From contig JAHDYR010000014.1 of NCBI GenBank assembly GCA_019828565.1, positions 248,001-312,000 of the forward strand: DNA of 64,000 nucleotides, read 5' to 3'. Under the pieces are notes generated by a model that made no database searches, was not told the origin of the DNA, and was given only the letters and a program-made list of their open reading frames with translations. Source of the DNA: Carpediemonas membranifera BICM (Eukaryota > Protista > Fornicata). Position numbers and translations under genes: made by a program. Positions 31,661 through 41,400 of this stretch are shown piece after piece (position 1 is the stretch's first letter; every line of letters starts with the position of its first letter).

Positions 31661-32653
31661 ATGAGTAGCGAAAGTATTGGAGCCAACACGCCAGATGAAA
31701 GGTCCAAAAGCTCACAGAAACGCGCACAATCGTCTGAAGACAGTTATACGCCAGTGGCGAGATGTCTCGGCACGAACACGCAAGTCACGATGGCTGATGG
31801 GTCAACACGCTTTGTCCAGGATATATCCAACGGCGACAAAGTCATGGGAGATGATGGCACGGCGCGCAAGGTCATAGCGTTCAGCACGGGTTCCATGGAC
31901 CTCTATTGCATCAGAGAGATCGGGGGGGACGGAATATGGGCATGCAGCGGTGACCACCTGTGCGTACTCATCGTAGGGCGACCCCGCATTGAGCGTGCTG
32001 ATGTGGACGGCATGGTGGTCGTTACCACGACGCCTCACGTTCCAAAGGCCGAGACAGTCACTGTGCCCGTTGAGTCCGCTCGTGAGTTGCTTGCTAGGCA
32101 CCGCACCGAGTTCTTGGTCCCGGCGAGGGAGCTCGAGTCGGCCTGTGCTAACGTAGCCCCCCTGAAGGTCTACATGCGGCGTGCCAGCACCCTCCCAGCA
32201 ATCTTCCCGCCCCAGATGACTCTGGACGACGCCTACCACGCTGGATACGGCCTACTGTCCGCCAAGGAGCTGTCCGTGTCCGACGCCTGGCAGTCCCCGC
32301 AACACCGCTCGGCCATGGTCGCCGGGGCCGTGGACGCGGCGGGCAGCCTCACGGTCGCTATCGAGAGCCCGCAGGTGAGGGCGGTGTTTGCGACGGCGTG
32401 CCGGTCTCTGTGCATCACTGTCCGCATGGGGAGCGGGACTGTCACCCTCGACGGGGGGGCGGCCGTCATCGTGCCCTTCCTCCGAAGCGAAGGGCTGGCC
32501 GATGCTGCTGTGGCGTCTGCCCCGGCGCGGTTTACGTATCCCTTCACTGTATCGGCCATCGGGAAGGATTCTTACTACGGGTTCGATCTCGATGGAAACA
32601 GACGCTTCCTGCTGGGTGACCTCACCGTGACCCATAACTCGACTCCTGAGTGA
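31661..32653 (+). CDS. Free-standing intein/Hint-domain protein with degenerate LAGLIDADG; very short flanking exteins
   Basis: Block A CLGTNTQVTMADGS, block B CSGDH, block E VAGAVDAAG, blocks F/G YYGFDLDGNRRFLLGDLTVTHN|S; intein spans 31763-32638. Confidence 0.85.
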   Translation: MSSESIGANTPDERSKSSQKRAQSSEDSYTPVARCLGTNTQVTMADGSTRFVQDISNGDKVMGDDGTARKVIAFSTGSMDLYCIREIGGDGIWACSGDHLCVLIVGRPRIERADVDGMVVVTTTPHVPKAETVTVPVESARELLARHRTEFLVPARELESACANVAPLKVYMRRASTLPAIFPPQMTLDDAYHAGYGLLSAKELSVSDAWQSPQHRSAMVAGAVDAAGSLTVAIESPQVRAVFATACRSLCITVRMGSGTVTLDGGAAVIVPFLRSEGLADAAVASAPARFTYPFTVSAIGKDSYYGFDLDGNRRFLLGDLTVTHNSTPE

Positions 32654-33086
32654 CTTTGACCCTTTTTATTTACTGGGCTGCGTTAAATACTGACGGATTG
32701 CAGTGGGCGCTCTGTTTTCTTTGGCGGAAGGTGTTGTATTTGAGACGTTACGACGGAGATAATCTTCCCATGAGGTGTGACGCAGTCGTCGATCGCTTTA
32801 CGCAGTGCTCAGCTTCACTGTGTTGCGCAGTATAAATACATTGTTCGACCCTTCACACTGTGCCGCGCAGGATAAGAATACTTGAGTCTAAATACCATTG
32901 CCGACGCCCTCATGTCCGCTACCCTTTTGGTGTATGACAGGTGGGCAGTCAGGCTGAACCTGTTTAGTCCCCTGGAGTTCATCCCGGGGGGTTGACAGCC
33001 TAAGCCTTCTTCACATGAACCTCCAGTAAACACCTCCAAACGCTACACACACTCAGCATTAAACTGCACTTGACTCTTCCACAACG

Positions 33087-34184
33087 ATGGTGAAAAAGGT
33101 CGGTTCCTGCCCCTCACTGGCCACATATGCCAATGAATTTGGCTTCCTTGAGGGTGTTGTGAAGACCCACTATAACGATTTTCTCTCTTCCTCTGACTAC
33201 CTTGCTCTGAACGAATGCGAAAACATTAGCGACTTCATCGTTCAGTTGAATGGCACTCGCTACTGCCAGTACGTTCAGCATCACCGTGATGATGCCAATC
33301 TCGAGCCGAGCGTCATTCACGACGCGATGATGCGGAAGTTTGTGGATGACTACAACTTCCTTCTCGACAATGCTATTGAGCCCCTCCTCACATTCCTCCG
33401 CTTCTGCACATACGGACACATGATCGACAACACGATTCTCATCATCCAGGGCACGCTCCAGGGCCGTGAACCCGCCCGCCTCATCAAGGCATGCCATCCC
33501 CTCGGTCGTTTCGACGGTATCGGTGCCCTCAGCACGGCGAGGTCGGCCAAGGATCTGTACGACCGCGTGCTGATCGACACTCCTATTGCCAAGTACTTCG
33601 AGAAGGCGGCGATTGGGGGATCCGCCGAGGACACCCTCACGGACAGCAATATCGAGCTCCTCCGCAACTCCCTGCACAAGCACTATCTTGAGGACTTCCT
33701 GGAGCTCATCAAGGAGCTCGGCGGCGACACTTACGATGAGATGAAGCCCTTGCTCGACTTCGAGGCCGATCGCCGTGCCATCAATATCAGCATCAACTCG
33801 CTCAACAGCGATATCACCGCGGAGGAGCGTCGTGCCCTGATGCCCCGCATGGGCGTGCTCTTCCCATGCGGCACCGACCAGCTTGTGAACCGCGACTCCC
33901 TGCAAGGAGTTGGGCTGGCCCTCTCCAGGGTTGACGAGTACCACCACATCTTCGTGGCGGGATCTGAGGACGACCTTGACAGTACTGTGAGCATCGAAGA
34001 CGGCATGTACAAGCTGGAGACCGCCATGGCTCGTCAGGCAATGTACCGCGGCTTCTGCTTTGCCCCGTTCTATGGGTTCTTCAAGCTGAGGGAGCAAGAG
34101 ATCCGCAATGTGATGTGGTTGGCGGAGCGAGTCCATTTAGGGCTCAACGAGGGTGTTTCTAAGTTGCCCATCATCCGGGACTAA
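33087..34184 (+). CDS. VMA6: V-type ATPase V0 subunit d
   Basis: GFLEGVV, YGHMIDN, CHPLG.F, LIDTPIA, FEADRRAINISINS, KLREQEIRNVMWLAE. Confidence 0.95.
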   Translation: MVKKVGSCPSLATYANEFGFLEGVVKTHYNDFLSSSDYLALNECENISDFIVQLNGTRYCQYVQHHRDDANLEPSVIHDAMMRKFVDDYNFLLDNAIEPLLTFLRFCTYGHMIDNTILIIQGTLQGREPARLIKACHPLGRFDGIGALSTARSAKDLYDRVLIDTPIAKYFEKAAIGGSAEDTLTDSNIELLRNSLHKHYLEDFLELIKELGGDTYDEMKPLLDFEADRRAINISINSLNSDITAEERRALMPRMGVLFPCGTDQLVNRDSLQGVGLALSRVDEYHHIFVAGSEDDLDSTVSIEDGMYKLETAMARQAMYRGFCFAPFYGFFKLREQEIRNVMWLAERVHLGLNEGVSKLPIIRD

Positions 34185-34301
34185 ACTAGTTTACTAACGA
34201 CTGCGGAGCAATGAGCTTACTGGGCCATGGCTGTGAGCTGTGGGGTGAATGGTTGAGGGAATACTGCTGTCACGATCACAACGAGAATAATTCAGGAAGG
34301 A

Positions 34302-34886
34302 ATGCCGCTGAAGAAATCCCATGATAAGAATGTGGATGATGTCGTCAGTTCAATGGAGCTGAAGGCGCAAGGACTACGGGATAAGATCCAAGGCGTTAAC
34401 GACCAAATTGACCGCCTGAAGCAACAGCTTGCAGGACCGACGCGAGATACTGCGCGAGCACAAGCAACGAAGCTGCTACAGCAGCGCCGACAGTATCAGA
34501 GGCAGCTCACTGTCATTGAGAAGCAGAGCATGAACATCACTGCCGCCAAGACAAGCATGAGCATCCTCGAAACCTCGAGGCAGACGTTCGACGCGATGTC
34601 CTCACTCAACAAGGCCATGGGGCAGAGAATGAAGGGCTTCAGCGCGGACAAGATCGCAGACCTCCAGGACGACATGAGCGAGCTTCTCTACTCCGCCGAT
34701 GAGATCACCAACACGCTGTCTCAGGACTTCGCGGTGCCGGACTCGGTCACCGATGCCGACCTTGAACTTGAAATGAGTATTCTGGAGAGCGAGATCGCGG
34801 CGGGGCAGATGACTGAGGCAGGGGCAAGACCGGTCTACCTGGAGCAGTCGGCACCTGCTGAGGACGAGGATGAGTTTATTATTTGA
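34302..34886 (+). CDS. Snf7-family ESCRT-III protein (CHMP5/Vps60-like)
   Basis: Basic N-terminal and acidic C-terminal coiled coil; IADLQDDMSELL...DEI...LS...DADLELE. Confidence 0.8.
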   Translation: MPLKKSHDKNVDDVVSSMELKAQGLRDKIQGVNDQIDRLKQQLAGPTRDTARAQATKLLQQRRQYQRQLTVIEKQSMNITAAKTSMSILETSRQTFDAMSSLNKAMGQRMKGFSADKIADLQDDMSELLYSADEITNTLSQDFAVPDSVTDADLELEMSILESEIAAGQMTEAGARPVYLEQSAPAEDEDEFII

Positions 34887-35111
34887 GGGGTGGGTGGTTG
34901 AATGTTTAAATGTGGTCTTCTTGGTGGTTGCTTGAAATGTGGAGGTTGTTGATCCCTAGAGGTGACCCCTAGAACTGTCGTAAAACGTCCGGAGAAAACC
35001 GGGCTGTGTAGAGCAAGGCCGATGGAGACGGGATGAGCGAGCTATATCTCGAGATTTGGTCAATTTGCCAAAATATTCGCAAGAACCTGGCGAAGAACCC
35101 AACAACAGAAT

Positions 35112-37099
35112 ATGGACCTTGAAGAGCTCGGTGAGACTGATACGGATGACTTTCAGGATCAAATCGATAGCGATAGCTCGTTACAGGCTCAAAAGCCCGC
35201 AAAACCAACGAAACGACGCCGGCGAAAGACTACGATCTACGTATGCCTCACAAACTGCAAGTACGCAGTTCTACCAGAGGTGTGCAAATCACTAGGCTGG
35301 CGAGTTGTCTCTGAGGAGTCCAACTGGGATCTCTACTGGTCCGATCGTTCTGTAGCCCCCGAACGTCTCATGCGTTTCAACGTTTGCTTGTCCACTCCTC
35401 CCTCACACAGGCTTTCCAGCGCTGCAACCACTTCCCTGGGATGTACGAGATCTCCCGCAAGGACAACCTCTCGAAGAACCTGAACCGCATGCGACGGCAG
35501 TACCCCGAGGAGTTCGACTTCTACCCGCCCTCTTTCACCCTCCCAGGGGACAGCATCGACTTCAAGAGCTACTACGCCAAGCGGAAGACCAAGACTGTGT
35601 TCATCAGCAAGCCTGTAGCGGGTTGCCAGGGGAAGGGCATCTTTCTTTTCAAGAGCATCGACGACATCGAGGTAACCGAGCCCCAGGTTGTCCAGCGGTA
35701 CATCAATAGGCCGCACCTCATCGGGGGGCTCAAGTACGACCTCCGCATCTACCTCCTTGTAGCGTCTGTCTCGCCCCTTCGGTTGTTCATTTACAAAAAG
35801 GGCATGGCCAGGTTTGCCACGCAGGAGTACGTCGAGCCAACCGGAAGGAATCTTGGGGAGACGTACATGCATCTTACGAACTACTCCTTGAACAAGAAGA
35901 ATGACCAGTTTTCGTACAACACTGACATGGAGCACGATGACGAGGGAAGCAAACGCAGTCTCGAGTCCGTGTGGCGCGTGCTTCGGGCGGAGGGTGTGGA
36001 CGTCGATGAGGTGTGGGACAAGATCAAGGACATCTTCGTGAAGACCGTGGTGGCCATCCAACCTTCCCTTGCCCACACGCATCGGACATGTCTGCCGAAT
36101 GACAAGGCCGGCAACGCGTGCTTCGAGATACTGGGCATGGACATCCTGCTCGACTCCAAGTACAACCCCTGGCTTATAGAGGTCAACCACTCACCGTCGT
36201 TCAACATCGATTCCCCACTCGACCACGAGCTTAAGTTCGGAGTCATACACGACTCCTGCGTCCTACTCAATATGGACCCCGCTGATAAGGCCAAGATGAG
36301 GGCAAGGCAGCGCGCTGACCAGAATGCCCGACTGTACCGTAAGTCGTCGGCCGGGAAGGAACAGAAGGAGCGACCAGCACTGGGCACGACCACGATGGAG
36401 TGGGAGGACGAGCACATGGGAGACTTCGAGCGGATCTTCCCCTGCTCTGCAGCCAAGATGGCACAGTACTCGTCGTTTTCGCAGGATAAGGCTCTGTACG
36501 GCGAGACCACGGCGTCGAAGATCAGACGGACGGAGATCAAGCGGAAGATGGAGAGTGTCAAGGAGAAGGCGGAGACGGAGAGGCTGGCGAGGGAGGGTAA
36601 GCCCCCAAGGGCCGCGGCATCGGCCGACGGCCATCCCCGGCCCAAGAAGAAGGCCCCCCCAAAGGCGGCCAGTAGCTCGGTCAAACTCTCAGGCCAGGAG
36701 CGGTTTGAGTCGCTGTATAGCGCCCGGCCGAGGGCCCCCAAGCCCGTGCCGCGGCTGGCGGCGACGGGGCCGAACGGCGGGGCCTTCCCAAGCGTGTTCG
36801 TAGCCGGTGAGTCGATCGAGGCGCACTCTGAACGGAGTAGGATCGCTGACCGTCTGATCCGGGACCGACTGATCACGGCCTCTGGTGTCAGGGAGGCCAT
36901 ACACAAGATGCTGGCCGACCCAGTGCCCCAAATGATGGCTAACAGGCCAGTGGTCCGAGCTGAGCCCCGGCACACGTTCATCCAGCATCAGACGGTGTCT
37001 GGAGTCTATCCGCAGTTTACCGGGAGTCGCGACCGGCCTCTGGGTCAGAACATGTATGTAGGGCTTGGGCCTGTAATAAGGCCACTCGGACCTAGGTGA
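35112..37099 (+). CDS. Tubulin polyglutamylase, TTLL6/13-like (2 exons: 35112-35381, 35411-37099)
   Basis: WDLYWSD, NHFPGMYEISRKD, KPVAGCQGKGI, KYDLRIY, HLTNYSLNK, FEILGMDIL, LIEVNHSPSF. Confidence 0.92.
35382..35410 (+). other. 29-nt spliceosomal intron
   Basis: GTTTGC...CTCACACAG; removal gives MRFN|AFQRCNHFPG. Confidence 0.87.
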
Positions 37100-37354
37100 G
37101 AGGCATGTATATACGATTTATATGAACGTAAACGGGACGTGGTTACTGTATTGTGAAGAAATCGGCTATGAACGGACTACTGGGTGATGTCGAGATGTGA
37201 AACTATCTGGGGATGGTGGATGGGCCGATGTGCCATGGCTAGGCATGCTGAATTCAGCTGCAAGTCTGCCGGACCCGTGGGAATTTTTACCGAAAACTGC
37301 GGCGACTGCTCGTGGTCAAGACAATTCACACATCTTAAGAATCTGAAAGAACGC

Positions 37355-38149
37355 ATGGAGGATTATCTGGACTTCGAAATCTTTAGAACCAAACCCGTCA
37401 ACGGGTGCAGCTTCACCTGCAAGGATGCTAGAAACAGCCTCAAGATCTCTAGCGGCAAGCAGATGAAGGAAATCGAAATCCCGAAGACCAAGGGCGTTAC
37501 CGTCACCATGCCTAAGACCTTCTCGGCCAAGTACGCCTATACTCACCACATGCAGTGCCCCCAGGGCCATCCTATGACTTGCAAGGCCATCACCGCCGTT
37601 GACGACAAGACCGTCTCCATCATCGCAGGCGTTGAGCACAAGTGCACCAACAGCAAGTCGCCCATCGACCGCCTCTTCGGCAGCCTGGGCGTCTCCGCTG
37701 CCGCCTGCAAGCTGTTCAAGGAGAAGAAGGAGGGCCTCAAGTCCGAGGACAACAAGATCGTCACCGGTCTCGGCATGACCTTCAAGCGCGATGACCACCG
37801 CGTCGCCATCACTGCTGACGTGTCCCCCTTCACCAAGGACGCCAACTGCTACCTCGCCACAACCCACACCATCCACCCCGGTGTCACTGTTGGCGTCAAG
37901 TCCGGCATGAAGATGCACAAGGGCGAGACCCTCAAGGTCACCCACGACACCAAGGCCGCCATCTCCGTCGAGCCCGCCTGCCCCGGTGTCAAGCGCATCG
38001 ACATCCGCGGCAACTCGAACTACGACGGGTTTGTCTCCGTCGTGGCCCAGTGCCCCTCTGCCCGCGACAGTGAGATCGCCTTTACTGCCCAGTACAAGCA
38101 CGAGACCAAGGCCATCATCCCTGGCATGTCGATCAAGATCGGCATGTAA
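37355..38149 (+). CDS. Putative eukaryotic porin-family beta-barrel (VDAC/Tom40-like)
   Basis: 264 aa with alternating hydrophobic beta-strand pattern and a C-terminal beta-signal-like PGMSIKIGM; very strong codon bias. Confidence 0.55.
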   Translation: MEDYLDFEIFRTKPVNGCSFTCKDARNSLKISSGKQMKEIEIPKTKGVTVTMPKTFSAKYAYTHHMQCPQGHPMTCKAITAVDDKTVSIIAGVEHKCTNSKSPIDRLFGSLGVSAAACKLFKEKKEGLKSEDNKIVTGLGMTFKRDDHRVAITADVSPFTKDANCYLATTHTIHPGVTVGVKSGMKMHKGETLKVTHDTKAAISVEPACPGVKRIDIRGNSNYDGFVSVVAQCPSARDSEIAFTAQYKHETKAIIPGMSIKIGM

Positions 38150-38424
38150 ATGATGTAAACACGTCGACCAAGCTCTGGTACACTTCATTGGTTGTTAGTA
38201 TGACAGAAGGATTGCGTTGGTAGGCCCGTTGCACACCTTCGGTGCTGTTCTCGCCAACCCGGGTCGGAGTCTTTGAAAAGCAACCCGAATGTATGACCTT
38301 TCCAAGACGCTTGGCAGATCAGTTAGGCGCAGAGCACTCCCAAAACTAGTATGTAGATCCCTGCTTGCCGTTCAATCTTACGTAGCTTCTTTCTGACGAC
38401 GAAATTGAAGAAATTGACGATAAC

Positions 38425-41400
38425 ATGGCCAATGGTGCCGGGCTTGAGCTAAAGAGGCCACCAAAGATGCTGCACGATAATGGAGGGGAAATTCTTACAC
38501 CTCAAGCCATTCATGAGAGTGTTGACCTGTCTCTTGTCGCCGGCGACAATGACGATGAAACTGAGTTGGACAGCGATGTATTCGAGACCTCCCGGGCACG
38601 CACACGGGTAGAAACCGTCCTGCACTCCGATGCTGGCGAGTTTGCAACCCCCCACCTCAACAGCGGGCACTCCATCCAATCCCTTGTTGGGGGCAGGAGC
38701 ACCGCTACAGCAGGAACTCAGCCGGTGCAGCCACAGGACGATGGCGAGGCGACTGCCACGGCAGAGGACACAGAGACTGAGGAATATGTACCAGGGTCAG
38801 AGGTGAGTCCCGCGAAGACCAATGCTCGGCGACCAATGATAGCCGACGACAGCGAGACGGAGGTTGATGCCACAGCGACAGCGACAGAGGTGGGCACGGC
38901 GACGGACTCGGACCGCACGGCCTCCTCATTCAGTGAGCACGTGCCCGGGACGAAGGAGATGCTGCTCAACGCCGCAAAGACCCCTGAGAAGCCCGGGGCT
39001 GGCAAGTCGCCGGCGGTCACCCCAACCCACCTGCTCTCCTCTACAGGGCACGTTGTCCCGCCAGACCTAGTCCGTGTCACGCAGCAGGCCCCGATGTCGG
39101 TCTCGGCTGAGTTCGAGGCAGAGCACACTGCCGAGATGCCCGCGGACAAACGAGACCTGCTGTTGCCACTGTTCGACGGCGATGAGGTCTTTTACATGGC
39201 CTTTCTGCGGTGCTTTAAGATCGATACGATTCACCCCTGGCAAGCCCGGGCCATCAAGACTCTGGCCACCGATCCCACGAAGAACGCCGTGATAATCGCC
39301 CCAACCAGCGCGGGCAAGACCGTGGTGGCCGCTGCCCTGCTTGCTCAGACAGTGTTTGCCCACAGGAAGCAGCGGGCGGTATGGTCGACCCCCCTGATCG
39401 CCCAGGCGGCGGAGGTCACGCCGCTACTGACCAGTCTGTTTGCCGCGGCCCACATGTCGGTCGAGGGCATGTACGGGAGCCATAAGGCGGCCAATAGCGA
39501 CGGTTCGCTGTATGTTCAGACGTTTGAGAAAGCGGCATCGGCCATTAACATGTTGCTCCAGCATCACCGGGCAAACAACATCTCCTGCGTCCTGGTCGAT
39601 GAGGTCCACATGATAGCCGACCCGACCCGTGGCGCGACTCTCGAACTTATGATGACGAAGCTGCGGCTACTACTACCCCAAACCCGGATCATCGCAATGT
39701 CGGCAACATTTCCGAACTCCCACCAGCTGGCAGAGTGGCTCGACGCCAACCTCATCGTCGCCCCGCCCACCGTACGGCCCGTGACGCTGAGGGAGACGGT
39801 CACAATGCCCGCCAGACATCTCATGCGGGTGATGGGGACCCAGCTAGCCGCACACGGAGCGAAAATGTCCAATAGATGCCTGCTGGAGCGGCGGGGTGAT
39901 GAGCTCGTGCCTGTTGGGGTTGCTGAGAAGGTCGACACCACAATCATTGGCAAGGGGCCGCGGGATGGGGGCCACCACCTCTCCGACGCGGAGGCCAGGA
40001 TACTTAGGTTACCCACGAACAAGCGGACGTACATGAGCGTGTCGTTCTGTGAGACCATGCGGCTGCTCCAGGACGTTGAGGGCGGGACTCTCGTCTTCTG
40101 TGGCTCCAAGGCCGAGGCGGAGCGGATGGCAGTCCACTGCGCCATGCTCACGGCCCTTGAATTAATCAAATCGGGAAAACGATCGCAGTCTGACGAGACA
40201 ACACGACAAATGCTGGACGCCTTTTCCAACCTGCCCTTTGCCCCAGAGAGGCAGCTGGTGGCCGTCGCACCGCACCACATCGCCTTCCATCATGCTGGCC
40301 TTAGCGAAGAGGAGCGCGACATCGTCGTTCAGGGCTTCCGGCTGGGCGTTATCCGTGTCATATTCTGCACCCCGACCCTTGCCAGCGGAGTCAACCTACC
40401 GTCGTCCACAGTCATCATCACTCGGCCCATGATCGCGGGGATGAATCTAGATGCCACCAGATATCGACAGATCGCGGGACGGGCGGGACGATTCGGTCTG
40501 GACGCCACTGGCCGATGCCACACGATCATACCGCAGGACGGCTGGACGCTGCAGCAGACCAAGGGCCTTGTGTGTGACCTCGCCAGACCGGTTCTGTCAT
40601 CCTTCGTGCAGCCGGTTCCGGGGCAGGGGCAGCAGCTTCATCTCAACCGACCCGTGCTGGAAGCCTTGTTGTTCTGCCCCAACTCCGTTGACAGCTTCCT
40701 TCGGCACACCTTCTACTTTCACACTATCCAAAACGACGCCCACGCCGGCGCTTGGTTCGAGAAGGTCATTGCCACTGAGATCACCCGCCTCACTAGAGAT
40801 TCATTCGTCGAGGGTGGCGAGCCGTCCAAGCTCGGTGCTGCCTCTGTCAGGGCAGGGTTCAGTCCGGAGATGGCCATTGAGATGTACAAGTCCCTCGGCC
40901 ATGCCAGGAAGCGGTGCCGGCTCGACGACGAGCTCTTCCTCCTCTTCCACGTCGCCCCGACCTTCAACGCAGCTGCGGTCGTCCAGGAGTACATGATGAG
41001 GCCGATCCACCCCATGTCGTTCCGCGGCCGGCTGTACACGATCCTGAGCGAGCTCCCCATCGAGCGGTTTAACGTCATTGTATGTGACATCCTTGGCCCC
41101 TTCCTGCACGACCTCATCCAAACTGCCCCGCCGGCCAGCGGCATCGCCCGCATAGCGAAGGAGCACACCCCCGTCGGCGTGCTTACCTGGGCCCTTGGCG
41201 TCCCCAACGAGGGCGTGTCTGACCTCGTGCTAGACCGGTCGACGTGGCCGCTGCTGCACGGACTGATGAGAGCACTGCACCGGCTGCACGCCGCGCTGTT
41301 GATGACGATGCTCATTGACGAGATCCCACTAGATGTCATTGTCGAGAGGATGGGGTATCGCGTGGCTGAGCTCGACGGTCCTCTCATCCCCACGCGCGGT

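Noticed and set aside
31661-34184. Intein belonging to the neighbouring V-ATPase gene
   Set aside because: VMA inteins sit in subunit A; the neighbour is an intact subunit d with its own start, and the intein flanks are not ATPase-like
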